DNA of 64,000 nucleotides from a virus: the IMG/VR virus record IMGVR_UViG_3300025133_009393. One strand, 5' to 3'. The translations under genes and the position numbers were made by a program. Shown in pieces: positions 56,171 to 64,000 of this stretch; within the stretch, counting starts at the first letter, position 1; every line of letters begins with the position of its first letter. The notes under the pieces are model-generated. The model did no database searches and had not been told where the DNA came from. It saw only the letters and a list, made by a program, of their open reading frames with translations.

Positions 56171-59100
56171 TCATTCAATCAAAGGTTTTTCATGTTTGTG
56201 CTTAAATTGAAAATTAACATCAAGTCTTCTTCCGGTAGTCTTCGATGTAATCCTTAGTTTAAATTTCTTATTACTCATAGCAGAGCCGCTGATATCTTGC
56301 TGCGCAAACAAAGAATTTTCAGTCACACCTAATACCGGTTGAACCAAATTTAAATTTAAGGTTGGATTTTCTTTCGATCCAGGAAATTTTGAAACAGTTT
56401 CGTTAAGCTCTGCCTGATCGGCAGCCGGTCTTATAAGAAGATACTTTCTCATCCCTCTGGCATAATTATCTCTTGTTGGTTTTGGAAAATTATATAACTT
56501 TATCATTGGTAAAACCGCAACACGATGTGTGTCGGCGCCATCTTCAAGAGTAACTAATTCTATCTCATAGACCACCGAAGGGTTAGAAATATTTCCCCTG
56601 GAATCTATACTCCTAAACATATAATAATATTTTCGATTTGGATTGATTAAATCTGTAAACTGCTTTGTTGAAGTTGTAAATATTTTCTTTCCTTGAAAAT
56701 CTTTATATGTTCTAGGCGGATTTACTGTTCTAAAAACCTGGAATGAAACTAAAGAGTTGTCAGAATTAAATGTAATCGCTTCTCCAGCTCCCACAGATTG
56801 TGCCAAGCGTTGAATGTCATAATATTCTTGATCTCCGTCTTCTATAACAACCGGCAAAACAGTTTCTTTTCCTACCGAACCTTCGAAAAAGAATGTAATT
56901 TTATCTTTTGTCGCTCGATAAGGAATAACGTTAACCTGTGGCGGCAAAGGAGGGCGGTCCAAAACCATAGAATGGCCGCCGGGATCTACATTAAAATGTG
57001 GTAACTCTATTAATTTTAACGTCGGCTTCATCATGACGTCAAATTTAAGAGACATTACTGCGTCTGGCCATTGTGGAACAGCTTCTGGATTTTCAAGAGG
57101 AGGCGCGGGGAATTCTAGATTTTCCTGTGCTGGCGCGCCAGTGGGAGAGGCCTGAGAGGGAAGGTTAAGTCCGCCGCCAGTGGAGTCTAAAGAGCTACCA
57201 TAGTTAGCGGGTACGGACATACCTCCGGCAATGGGCCCTGCGGGATTTCCGAATCCAGCGCCGGCTTGACTTTCGATCGGATCTGCGCTTAAGGGATCCG
57301 ATTGGCCGTAGGCCGGCGGTGGGCTGCATTCACTAACCAAAGCACCGTATTGGCCATATGTTGGGTTGCCCGACGCGTCATAGCCAGCGAACACCATTGA
57401 TGAATTATCTTCGCACAATTCCGGAGTTGCAACAGGGAGTGGCGTAGACGGCTCATGCAACATAGGTAAATTTGCACCCCCAGACCAAACATTCCAATAG
57501 CTATATTGTGTACCAACAACTGCATAATATGCGTATACGCGGTATCGATAAAATACACCATATTTTACTTGAGTGTCAATTATATTAGCAATATCTGTCT
57601 TGTTCGTGTTTGGCACATAAATGTTTTGACAAAATTCATAACTCTCTGTAACTGTGTTGAATTTGCTTTTTTCTATACGATAAAGTACTATTTCTGCATC
57701 GGCATGTTCTCCGTTTAATACCTCTTCATAAGTTCTGGCGCGATTTGAGATGTACTCTTGCATCTTATTTTTAAAAACAGCCAGCAAAATTGTTTTTACA
57801 ATCGAAGAAGACGGATCAGAAAAATCTAGCTCATTGGTGCTAAAAAATACAGTATGATTATCTGCTTCCTTGTTGATATAATCTTCTCCCATTACCTGAT
57901 ATGCATTTGCAATTTTTTCCAAATCCCAAGTTTTTCTTATTGTCTCTTTGAAGACTTGCTTTTTTCTCAACTCTGAATCTTGTGTGGGGCTCTCTTCGAT
58001 AGTGTAACGATCAGATAATTCGACAAACTGTTTTGATTTTATACCAAACATAGTACCATAATTGTCAGCATCCGGAATATCAACGTCCGTTACCTCAATA
58101 ACTTTTTCAATTATTGCCGGCATTAAATAAGATTCATTAAGAAGATTGGTTAAGTCCACGTCTCTATCGGTCTTAAAAACTATGTTAGTTGACATCGGAA
58201 AAGAAGATTTATACTCAGTAAACTCACGCATCATATCTACTGTCGACTCTGCAAAAACTATATTTTCATATGCAGAAGACTGTTTTAAAACATTCTTAGA
58301 TATACCATCTTCATTGCCTAAATCTCCCAATATAGAAGAAAGAACATAAGAATAAACATTATAATATTTTTCGCGGTCCATTGTATGAAGCGCTGTTTTT
58401 AAGTCCACTTCAGGAAATATTTTTTCTCCTTTATGGTTTGTTGCTATTTGCATCTCGCTACCAAGAGTAATATTGGAAATAAGATGACTAAGTTTGTTTG
58501 TAAAAGTTGAAGGCTCGTCTTCTTTTTCTGACAAAAGCAAAAATGAATATAAATTTGGCAAAGTACATTCTTGTACTTCCGAGGATTCTATAGTATCAAT
58601 ATATTTATCAAAAGAAAAATTAGGTGAATAATAGGTCTTTATATCAGCAGATATTGCGCCTGGTCCAGAATTCATTTTTTCTAACTCAATATTGGAAAAA
58701 GGAGCAGTAGCTATAAAAGAATTGCTCTCGTAAATATAGTGACCATTTTGTGTCGACTCTTTAATAATTCCCGGGTGGTCTCCAGTTCCATAGACATATC
58801 CTCTCCATTCGTCAATTGCACTATATATTTCACTAAATCTTGTGTTACCAACATCCAACTCTACAGAAACTGAGTATAGCTTTGCTCCATTATCTTTGGC
58901 TAATTTTGTAGCTACCGGGTAGGCAGCTTTTTGGCTCTCTGCTGATTCACCATGCTGTGTGATAGTCATTGGAAGACTTCCATACATTGCGCGCGCAATT
59001 TTCATACCGCCGTCGCCTGCATTGTCTATATCAATAACTTGATTTAGATTGTATTTGAGACGATGAGCGTACCAAAATCTAGTCCACAAGCCAATTTCAT

Positions 59101-59410
59101 GACCATAGATCAATTCGCCCGGGGTCGTTGGATCAGTATTCTTTGACGGATCTATTGGAATTCCTGGTGATTCTCCGGGAACAATCAAGTCCCAATATTT
59201 CCCCATCTCTATCCTAAATCTATCTCTAGAGTTATATTCATTTCCCCAAATACCAAAACTCATTCCGTAAAACGAGCCATTAGGCCTAGGGTTGTCTGAA
59301 TTTATATCGCCATATATATTATTGTCAATCACAAGTGTCGTTTTTCCAACACCAGAAGCGTGATTTTTTGGTAAATATATAGATGAATTTTCTTTGCTTT
59401 CTTTTGGCAT
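56171..59410 (-). CDS. Large putative virion protein with FN3-like motifs and a Pro/Gly insertion
   Basis: 1079 aa; DTQVKYG..YRYRVY, YYYMFRSID..GNISNPS. Confidence 0.55.
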   Translation of the reverse strand: MPKESKENSSIYLPKNHASGVGKTTLVIDNNIYGDINSDNPRPNGSFYGMSFGIWGNEYNSRDRFRIEMGKYWDLIVPGESPGIPIDPSKNTDPTTPGELIYGHEIGLWTRFWYAHRLKYNLNQVIDIDNAGDGGMKIARAMYGSLPMTITQHGESAESQKAAYPVATKLAKDNGAKLYSVSVELDVGNTRFSEIYSAIDEWRGYVYGTGDHPGIIKESTQNGHYIYESNSFIATAPFSNIELEKMNSGPGAISADIKTYYSPNFSFDKYIDTIESSEVQECTLPNLYSFLLLSEKEDEPSTFTNKLSHLISNITLGSEMQIATNHKGEKIFPEVDLKTALHTMDREKYYNVYSYVLSSILGDLGNEDGISKNVLKQSSAYENIVFAESTVDMMREFTEYKSSFPMSTNIVFKTDRDVDLTNLLNESYLMPAIIEKVIEVTDVDIPDADNYGTMFGIKSKQFVELSDRYTIEESPTQDSELRKKQVFKETIRKTWDLEKIANAYQVMGEDYINKEADNHTVFFSTNELDFSDPSSSIVKTILLAVFKNKMQEYISNRARTYEEVLNGEHADAEIVLYRIEKSKFNTVTESYEFCQNIYVPNTNKTDIANIIDTQVKYGVFYRYRVYAYYAVVGTQYSYWNVWSGGANLPMLHEPSTPLPVATPELCEDNSSMVFAGYDASGNPTYGQYGALVSECSPPPAYGQSDPLSADPIESQAGAGFGNPAGPIAGGMSVPANYGSSLDSTGGGLNLPSQASPTGAPAQENLEFPAPPLENPEAVPQWPDAVMSLKFDVMMKPTLKLIELPHFNVDPGGHSMVLDRPPLPPQVNVIPYRATKDKITFFFEGSVGKETVLPVVIEDGDQEYYDIQRLAQSVGAGEAITFNSDNSLVSFQVFRTVNPPRTYKDFQGKKIFTTSTKQFTDLINPNRKYYYMFRSIDSRGNISNPSVVYEIELVTLEDGADTHRVAVLPMIKLYNFPKPTRDNYARGMRKYLLIRPAADQAELNETVSKFPGSKENPTLNLNLVQPVLGVTENSLFAQQDISGSAMSNKKFKLRITSKTTGRRLDVNFQFKHKHEKPLIE

Positions 59411-59425
59411 AATATATTTCTCTTT

Positions 59426-62400
59426 CTAAGCGGTGGCGTTTGAAACATCTAAAATAAAATATTTATTTAGTATAGGCACTTGTGTTGTCAAAGCCGTCTC
59501 TCTGACATTAAAATTCTCATTGGTGTATCTTCTTAAGCGACAAATCAATCGCCCCCCGCCGACGGCGCGTGCTCGGTCCATCAGCGAAGGAGTTAGTGAC
59601 GCCCACAAAGGCTTGGAAACATGCATGGAATGTACATTAAACGCCTCTTCATCATCGCGGCCTTGATTCTTAATAACGGTGCTCGTGTCGCCGGCGAGTC
59701 CAACCATCGCTTCAACAGCTACAATATTTTTATATATCATCCAATAAAAAGGATATACTTCTTGATCGTCTGCGTCGATCGTTAAAATTTTATTTTTTAG
59801 AGAGTTCCTGATACTCAAGGGTCCGGCATGCTGTTCCGAAAGCATCATCAGCATGGGCAAAGGAAGAGTTTTAACATATTGTTGTATTTGATTGTCACTC
59901 CCCAAAGAAAACAAATATTTTGATATTCTAGAAGGTTCTTCTCTATGATCACGGCTGAATTCAAGAAAATAATCCCCTTGAGTATCAATATGGCTACTAA
60001 ACAAATTTCTCTTAACAACATTCGCAGCGAACCCAGCAATTTTATTCAGGCCGGCGGCGCGGCCTTCGGCTGCTCTTTCATAAAACATTCCCGAGCTGGC
60101 ATCGTATTTCATTCCAGTAGATGAATCGATATTTCTTTGTCTTGTTATAGTTAATTTTTCCATATCGTCAGCCGAATATTGGTTTTCGTACGTTGGATTA
60201 ACTGCTTCGTTTCCATCCGCATCAATATAAAAATATTTATCATTAAATGTAGTATTTAAGGTAACAGCGGGATCGGCCGGCTTAGAGAGCAAAGAATAAT
60301 TTGCAAAATCATGGGAATCTATAGCCACTATCCTGCAATTATATTTCTCTAGCAGAGACAAATAATTTGTAGCATCTATCAAAGCTGTTTTGAGGCCGTC
60401 AGCGTCCTCTTGAAATACAAGATTGTTATCAAATTTTGTGCTATAAGAGCCAGCAAGAATATGCTCCATTATAGAAACAACGCTAGTGTTGGCCAATCTG
60501 ATAATATCAGATTGGTTTAGTGTATAATTTGAATTTCCTCTTTTGTAAAGGCCCGATAATAAATCAGAAGTTGCGCCGGTGAATCTTACAGCAGAAGGCG
60601 TTAAATATTGATGAGCGTTTTCGATTATTTGAAGTTGGCCACTATAATCAAGCGTCGTGCCGGAGGAGGCGCCTTGTTGTAAATGAAGAATTAGTCCTGC
60701 AGGATTTTCATTCGTATTCGTCTGTATATACTTCTTTACTTCCCATATGGCCCGGGCTGAATATTCCGCTCTAGAAATTTCTTTTAACCCAGGAGACCCT
60801 TTCCAGGCATTTCCAAGCGGACTGGCTTCGGGCAATCTTGATCCAAGATATTCATATCCAGTATGTCTATTGGTAAAATTAAGATCTAGTATGTTATTAA
60901 ACTTGCATTCATACTCAAAAACTCTTTTTGAAGATGGCGGCTTTTGTATAGATGTTGTGCTGGCAGAGTTGTTAACCCCAATGCCTTCTTTGTTCAAGGT
61001 CGCAGGACTACCCAAAACACGACTAGCTGCTAGGTGAAAATCCTCTATAATCTCTAAAACTATACCTATTCCTTTGGGGCTTCCACTGCCGGGGTTGCAC
61101 ATCTTTTTGAAATTTTCTCTAATTTTCTCAGTATTATATAAGTCCTTAGAGTTTTGATATAGCATTTCTGCGCAGTCTAAATAAGAATCAATGGCCTTTT
61201 CCCACAGCCATCTTTGCGGAACATATCGCTTCTTAAATGCTTGCGAAAATGTTTTATAAATAGGATCCCAAGATCCTGGCCCTTTTCCGGGGCCCTTCGA
61301 GGCGACTGCTTTGTATTTTCTTAATTTTATAATACCGTTTTTTATTTCTCTTAGCTTACCAGCCAAATATTGATTTGTACCATTTATAACTCTTATTTTA
61401 ATTGAATATTGATATTTTCCAGCAGATAAATGCCCTAGGGATCCATCGGTCGCTGTAAAGTATCTCACGCCGGTGGCGGGCATGTCGATCAAACTAACGT
61501 CAGTAAGTTCTTGTACACTGCCCATGGGTGTTATAATATATGTAGGAGTAACAGATCCAGCAAGAGCTGCGTCATTGCCCGATGAAGCTTTCTTAGTATG
61601 TAGTCTGGTTTTTAAAGCCCGAGTTGAAGAAACTTCTGTAGTGTTCGCTATCAATTCGGGCGGATGGTTCTCATCTATATCAATCATGGCAGCAAACGGA
61701 TTTTCGCTTTCATTGACCACCTTTTCTCTAAAAATAGAGAATGAAACGATCTTGCTAAGTTTTAATATCTCATTTACCCTATCAGCGTGGGCCGGCTTTG
61801 TTGGATAATTCAATAAAGACGGGAACAAGGAATTGTCCTGAAGAAGCTTTCTCCAATCTAGCATAAAGAACATATTGTTAACCATGCCACCAGACTGCGA
61901 AGGTGTCATATAAAGTTTAGACACATAAGATGTATTTCCCGCGGGAGTGAGCGGTTTGTGAGAAGCCATCTTTAAATTACTATTCAGTTGAGATGCTAGA
62001 TTTTTCGTAGATGTAAAGTCTAAAGATCTTGGAGTTGTTAATCTTTTTATTCTTCGATAATCCACTACTTTGTGATTTCGAATTCTAACCTTTTTCAAAT
62101 TAACAGATTTTAATGTTGTCTTGTGGCCAGTACTATATCTTCCTGGAATTGTATCTCCAGCTTCATTAGTGAATGGCGGTATCCAATGTATCGGCCCGAA
62201 CCATGGCACATCGTCAGCAGTGGCAAAACGATCTGTTGTTCCGGCGGGGTGGCCGTCGACCAGCACTCTCTCAACCAGGGGGGCATTATAAATAACATCG
62301 AAATTAGCAGGATTTATATTAAATTCGTTAACAAGAGCATTTCCCACGCCGTCGGCGCCTTTTGTACCTCCGCCAAGATCTACGCTAGCAAAAACCACCA

Positions 62401-63019
62401 ATGTTAAATTCTGTTGATTTTTTGGTATATCAAAATCAATGCGATATGGTACATTGTAAACGTTTTTTCTTGTCGTGCGATCATACGACTCATATGCAGA
62501 TCCAAATGTGCGACGGGGCTTTCCAGGAGTTTTATCGCCAGTGCCGGCAGTATTGTTGGGTGTTTCATTTAAAAATATTTTATAATGCCTGACGATGTTC
62601 TGTTGTAGATCATCAAAAACTTCTCCACGGACTATTTTCTCAATATTGTGTCGCAATAATTGATTTGTTTTTTTAGTGCTCTTGACAGCAACCACATTAA
62701 TTGCAATAAATTGTTTTATGAAATCATTGTCAATCCATAAGGGAAGTTTGTTTTTACCTTCCATGCTATCTTTGGCTATGACAGTAACAGATACCTTGGT
62801 ATTTCCATTGGTGGAGCTTGTATTATAGATTGGCTTTTTTGTACCGGTAGTAGTATATCTAACCAACTTTCCGGTAAGATAATTGTAATAAGCTGCATGC
62901 TGGGTTTCTTCACTAATGTGAGGATTGTCGCTTAATTTCTTATTGTAGCCATCAGAAGCTGACTCTAAAATAACTTTGTTGACATACAAGGATGGTAAAA
63001 TCTGTTCAGACATTAGCAA
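59426..63019 (-). CDS. Large hypothetical (probably virion) protein
   Basis: 1197 aa continuous ORF in the structural cluster. Confidence 0.6.
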   Translation of the reverse strand: MLMSEQILPSLYVNKVILESASDGYNKKLSDNPHISEETQHAAYYNYLTGKLVRYTTTGTKKPIYNTSSTNGNTKVSVTVIAKDSMEGKNKLPLWIDNDFIKQFIAINVVAVKSTKKTNQLLRHNIEKIVRGEVFDDLQQNIVRHYKIFLNETPNNTAGTGDKTPGKPRRTFGSAYESYDRTTRKNVYNVPYRIDFDIPKNQQNLTLVVFASVDLGGGTKGADGVGNALVNEFNINPANFDVIYNAPLVERVLVDGHPAGTTDRFATADDVPWFGPIHWIPPFTNEAGDTIPGRYSTGHKTTLKSVNLKKVRIRNHKVVDYRRIKRLTTPRSLDFTSTKNLASQLNSNLKMASHKPLTPAGNTSYVSKLYMTPSQSGGMVNNMFFMLDWRKLLQDNSLFPSLLNYPTKPAHADRVNEILKLSKIVSFSIFREKVVNESENPFAAMIDIDENHPPELIANTTEVSSTRALKTRLHTKKASSGNDAALAGSVTPTYIITPMGSVQELTDVSLIDMPATGVRYFTATDGSLGHLSAGKYQYSIKIRVINGTNQYLAGKLREIKNGIIKLRKYKAVASKGPGKGPGSWDPIYKTFSQAFKKRYVPQRWLWEKAIDSYLDCAEMLYQNSKDLYNTEKIRENFKKMCNPGSGSPKGIGIVLEIIEDFHLAASRVLGSPATLNKEGIGVNNSASTTSIQKPPSSKRVFEYECKFNNILDLNFTNRHTGYEYLGSRLPEASPLGNAWKGSPGLKEISRAEYSARAIWEVKKYIQTNTNENPAGLILHLQQGASSGTTLDYSGQLQIIENAHQYLTPSAVRFTGATSDLLSGLYKRGNSNYTLNQSDIIRLANTSVVSIMEHILAGSYSTKFDNNLVFQEDADGLKTALIDATNYLSLLEKYNCRIVAIDSHDFANYSLLSKPADPAVTLNTTFNDKYFYIDADGNEAVNPTYENQYSADDMEKLTITRQRNIDSSTGMKYDASSGMFYERAAEGRAAGLNKIAGFAANVVKRNLFSSHIDTQGDYFLEFSRDHREEPSRISKYLFSLGSDNQIQQYVKTLPLPMLMMLSEQHAGPLSIRNSLKNKILTIDADDQEVYPFYWMIYKNIVAVEAMVGLAGDTSTVIKNQGRDDEEAFNVHSMHVSKPLWASLTPSLMDRARAVGGGRLICRLRRYTNENFNVRETALTTQVPILNKYFILDVSNATA

Positions 63020-64000
63020 ATTTCTCCCGAACCATCGCCCATCTCGTCATCATATATATCTTCCACGATCCTCATCGTATCTTCATAATCTCCACAATCA
63101 ATAAACTCGTCGCCAAAGATTCCCTTAGAGCGATCTGTTATATAGTGACATAATACTCCTTGTGGTATTTCTTCGTCTATGTACAAATCAAAATAATATT
63201 CCACATCTCTATTCGTAACAGGAGGTGACGCCAAGTTCAAACCCTCTTCGTCAAAGAGGTCGCCGGCGGAAATATTAAAATTCATCCTATCGCGGGTTTC
63301 ATGACCTTGGTTGATCAAGAAATTTAAAGGTATTAAATTTTCTTCCCCCGTCTTTACGGTCAAATTGTTAACTATGTCTTTCTTTTCTTCTATCTCGAAC
63401 AACTCTATATCAAAATTTTTAAGCAAAAATTGTGTATTTTTTTCCTCAATGTGGATCAACAGAAAATCTTCATCTATTCTTATAAACCCATCCGTTCCGG
63501 CAACTTCTGATGGGATCCCAAGATCTAGTTCAGCTACCTCTAGCATTCCAGACTTGTAATCAGCTTCATCAAATAAATCCATATTAACCGAAGTCTTGTA
63601 AACTGCCTGGCACTCTATTTGAGGAAAATTTATGACCCTATCCATATTGGTTTTGCTGCTAGCGCCTGTTATATAAAGATAGTGCTTTGCTTCCGTCATC
63701 TCTCCTTTGTGAAATTTTAGATACCAAGCAGGGGCATTTTGCTCATTCAAATCAGAAGTGCCGATTGGGCTGATTAAAGCAAAGTGTTTGTCATTGGTGG
63801 GCTGTATACTTTCAGCACCTAAATCAACTCTCTCTGAGGAAAGTGTCGAACGAACTAATTCATTTATTCTTTTTACCTCTGTTTCTATCCCAGAATAAAC
63901 ATACTGTGTTCTAGCGCGCGGTGTATCTAGGCGTATTCTGTCTTCAGTATTATTTTGTTCTTCAAATTTGCCAGCATATTCTAAATCATATAAAATATCA
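63013..64000 (-). CDS. Hypothetical virion protein, 5'-truncated by the window edge
   Basis: The frame of the 63013-63750 track ORF stays open to the edge: DILYDLEYAGKFEEQNNTEDRIRLDTPRARTQYVYSG... Confidence 0.7.
   Translation of the reverse strand, partial: DILYDLEYAGKFEEQNNTEDRIRLDTPRARTQYVYSGIETEVKRINELVRSTLSSERVDLGAESIQPTNDKHFALISPIGTSDLNEQNAPAWYLKFHKGEMTEAKHYLYITGASSKTNMDRVINFPQIECQAVYKTSVNMDLFDEADYKSGMLEVAELDLGIPSEVAGTDGFIRIDEDFLLIHIEEKNTQFLLKNFDIELFEIEEKKDIVNNLTVKTGEENLIPLNFLINQGHETRDRMNFNISAGDLFDEEGLNLASPPVTNRDVEYYFDLYIDEEIPQGVLCHYITDRSKGIFGDEFIDCGDYEDTMRIVEDIYDDEMGDGSGEIC

Noticed and set aside
969-63559. All plus-strand ORFs in the track
   Set aside because: Antisense shadows of well-supported minus-strand genes, with no recognisable motifs.
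1-64000. Stop-codon reassignment (code 15 or 4), as seen in some large phages
   Set aside because: Core genes are full length in code 11, and TAA, TAG and TGA all end conserved genes at the expected positions.
1-64000. CRISPR arrays, tRNAs, IS elements, integrase
   Set aside because: Intergenic gaps are short (under about 160 nt), and I saw no spaced repeats, cloverleafs or transposase/integrase motifs by eye.

Overview
This is a 64-kb segment of a large, AT-rich, contractile-tailed dsDNA phage with T4-superfamily head, tail and replication proteins. Every credible gene is on the minus strand and reads in the standard code. In the direction of transcription (right to left) the modules are: baseplate/fibre-anchor-like virion proteins (52.6-64 kb); RuvC-like resolvase, primase, fatty-acid hydroxylase and a fused Mre11-Rad50 (46.7-52.5 kb); a holin/spanin-like cassette; TerL, portal, prohead protease and phage ribosomal protein bS21; a cassette of modular fibre genes inside the head module; scaffold, major capsid, neck, sheath, tube, gp26/gp51-like chaperone, tape measure and hub genes; then a short PolA, tubulin/FtsZ-like protein, gp32-like SSB, FKBP PPIase, RecA/UvsX, deaminase, 5'-3' exonuclease, helicase and class II RNR (cut by the window edge). 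The most notable observations are: (1) a start-less gp51-like ORF reachable by a +1/-2 frameshift at a U7 run ending the gp26-like gene; (2) scattered unrelated cargo proteins sharing an N-terminal M-K/R-I-T-K/R-x-x-L-x-x-I/L-I-x-E-E leader, possibly a capsid-targeting tag; (3) two promoter classes, CTAwTTA and sigma70-like with a constant 16-bp spacer; (4) heavy iteration of the palindrome GCCGGC; (5) [S/T]-G-S motif enrichment in virion proteins. All calls come from motif recognition and gene context by eye; no database searches were run.
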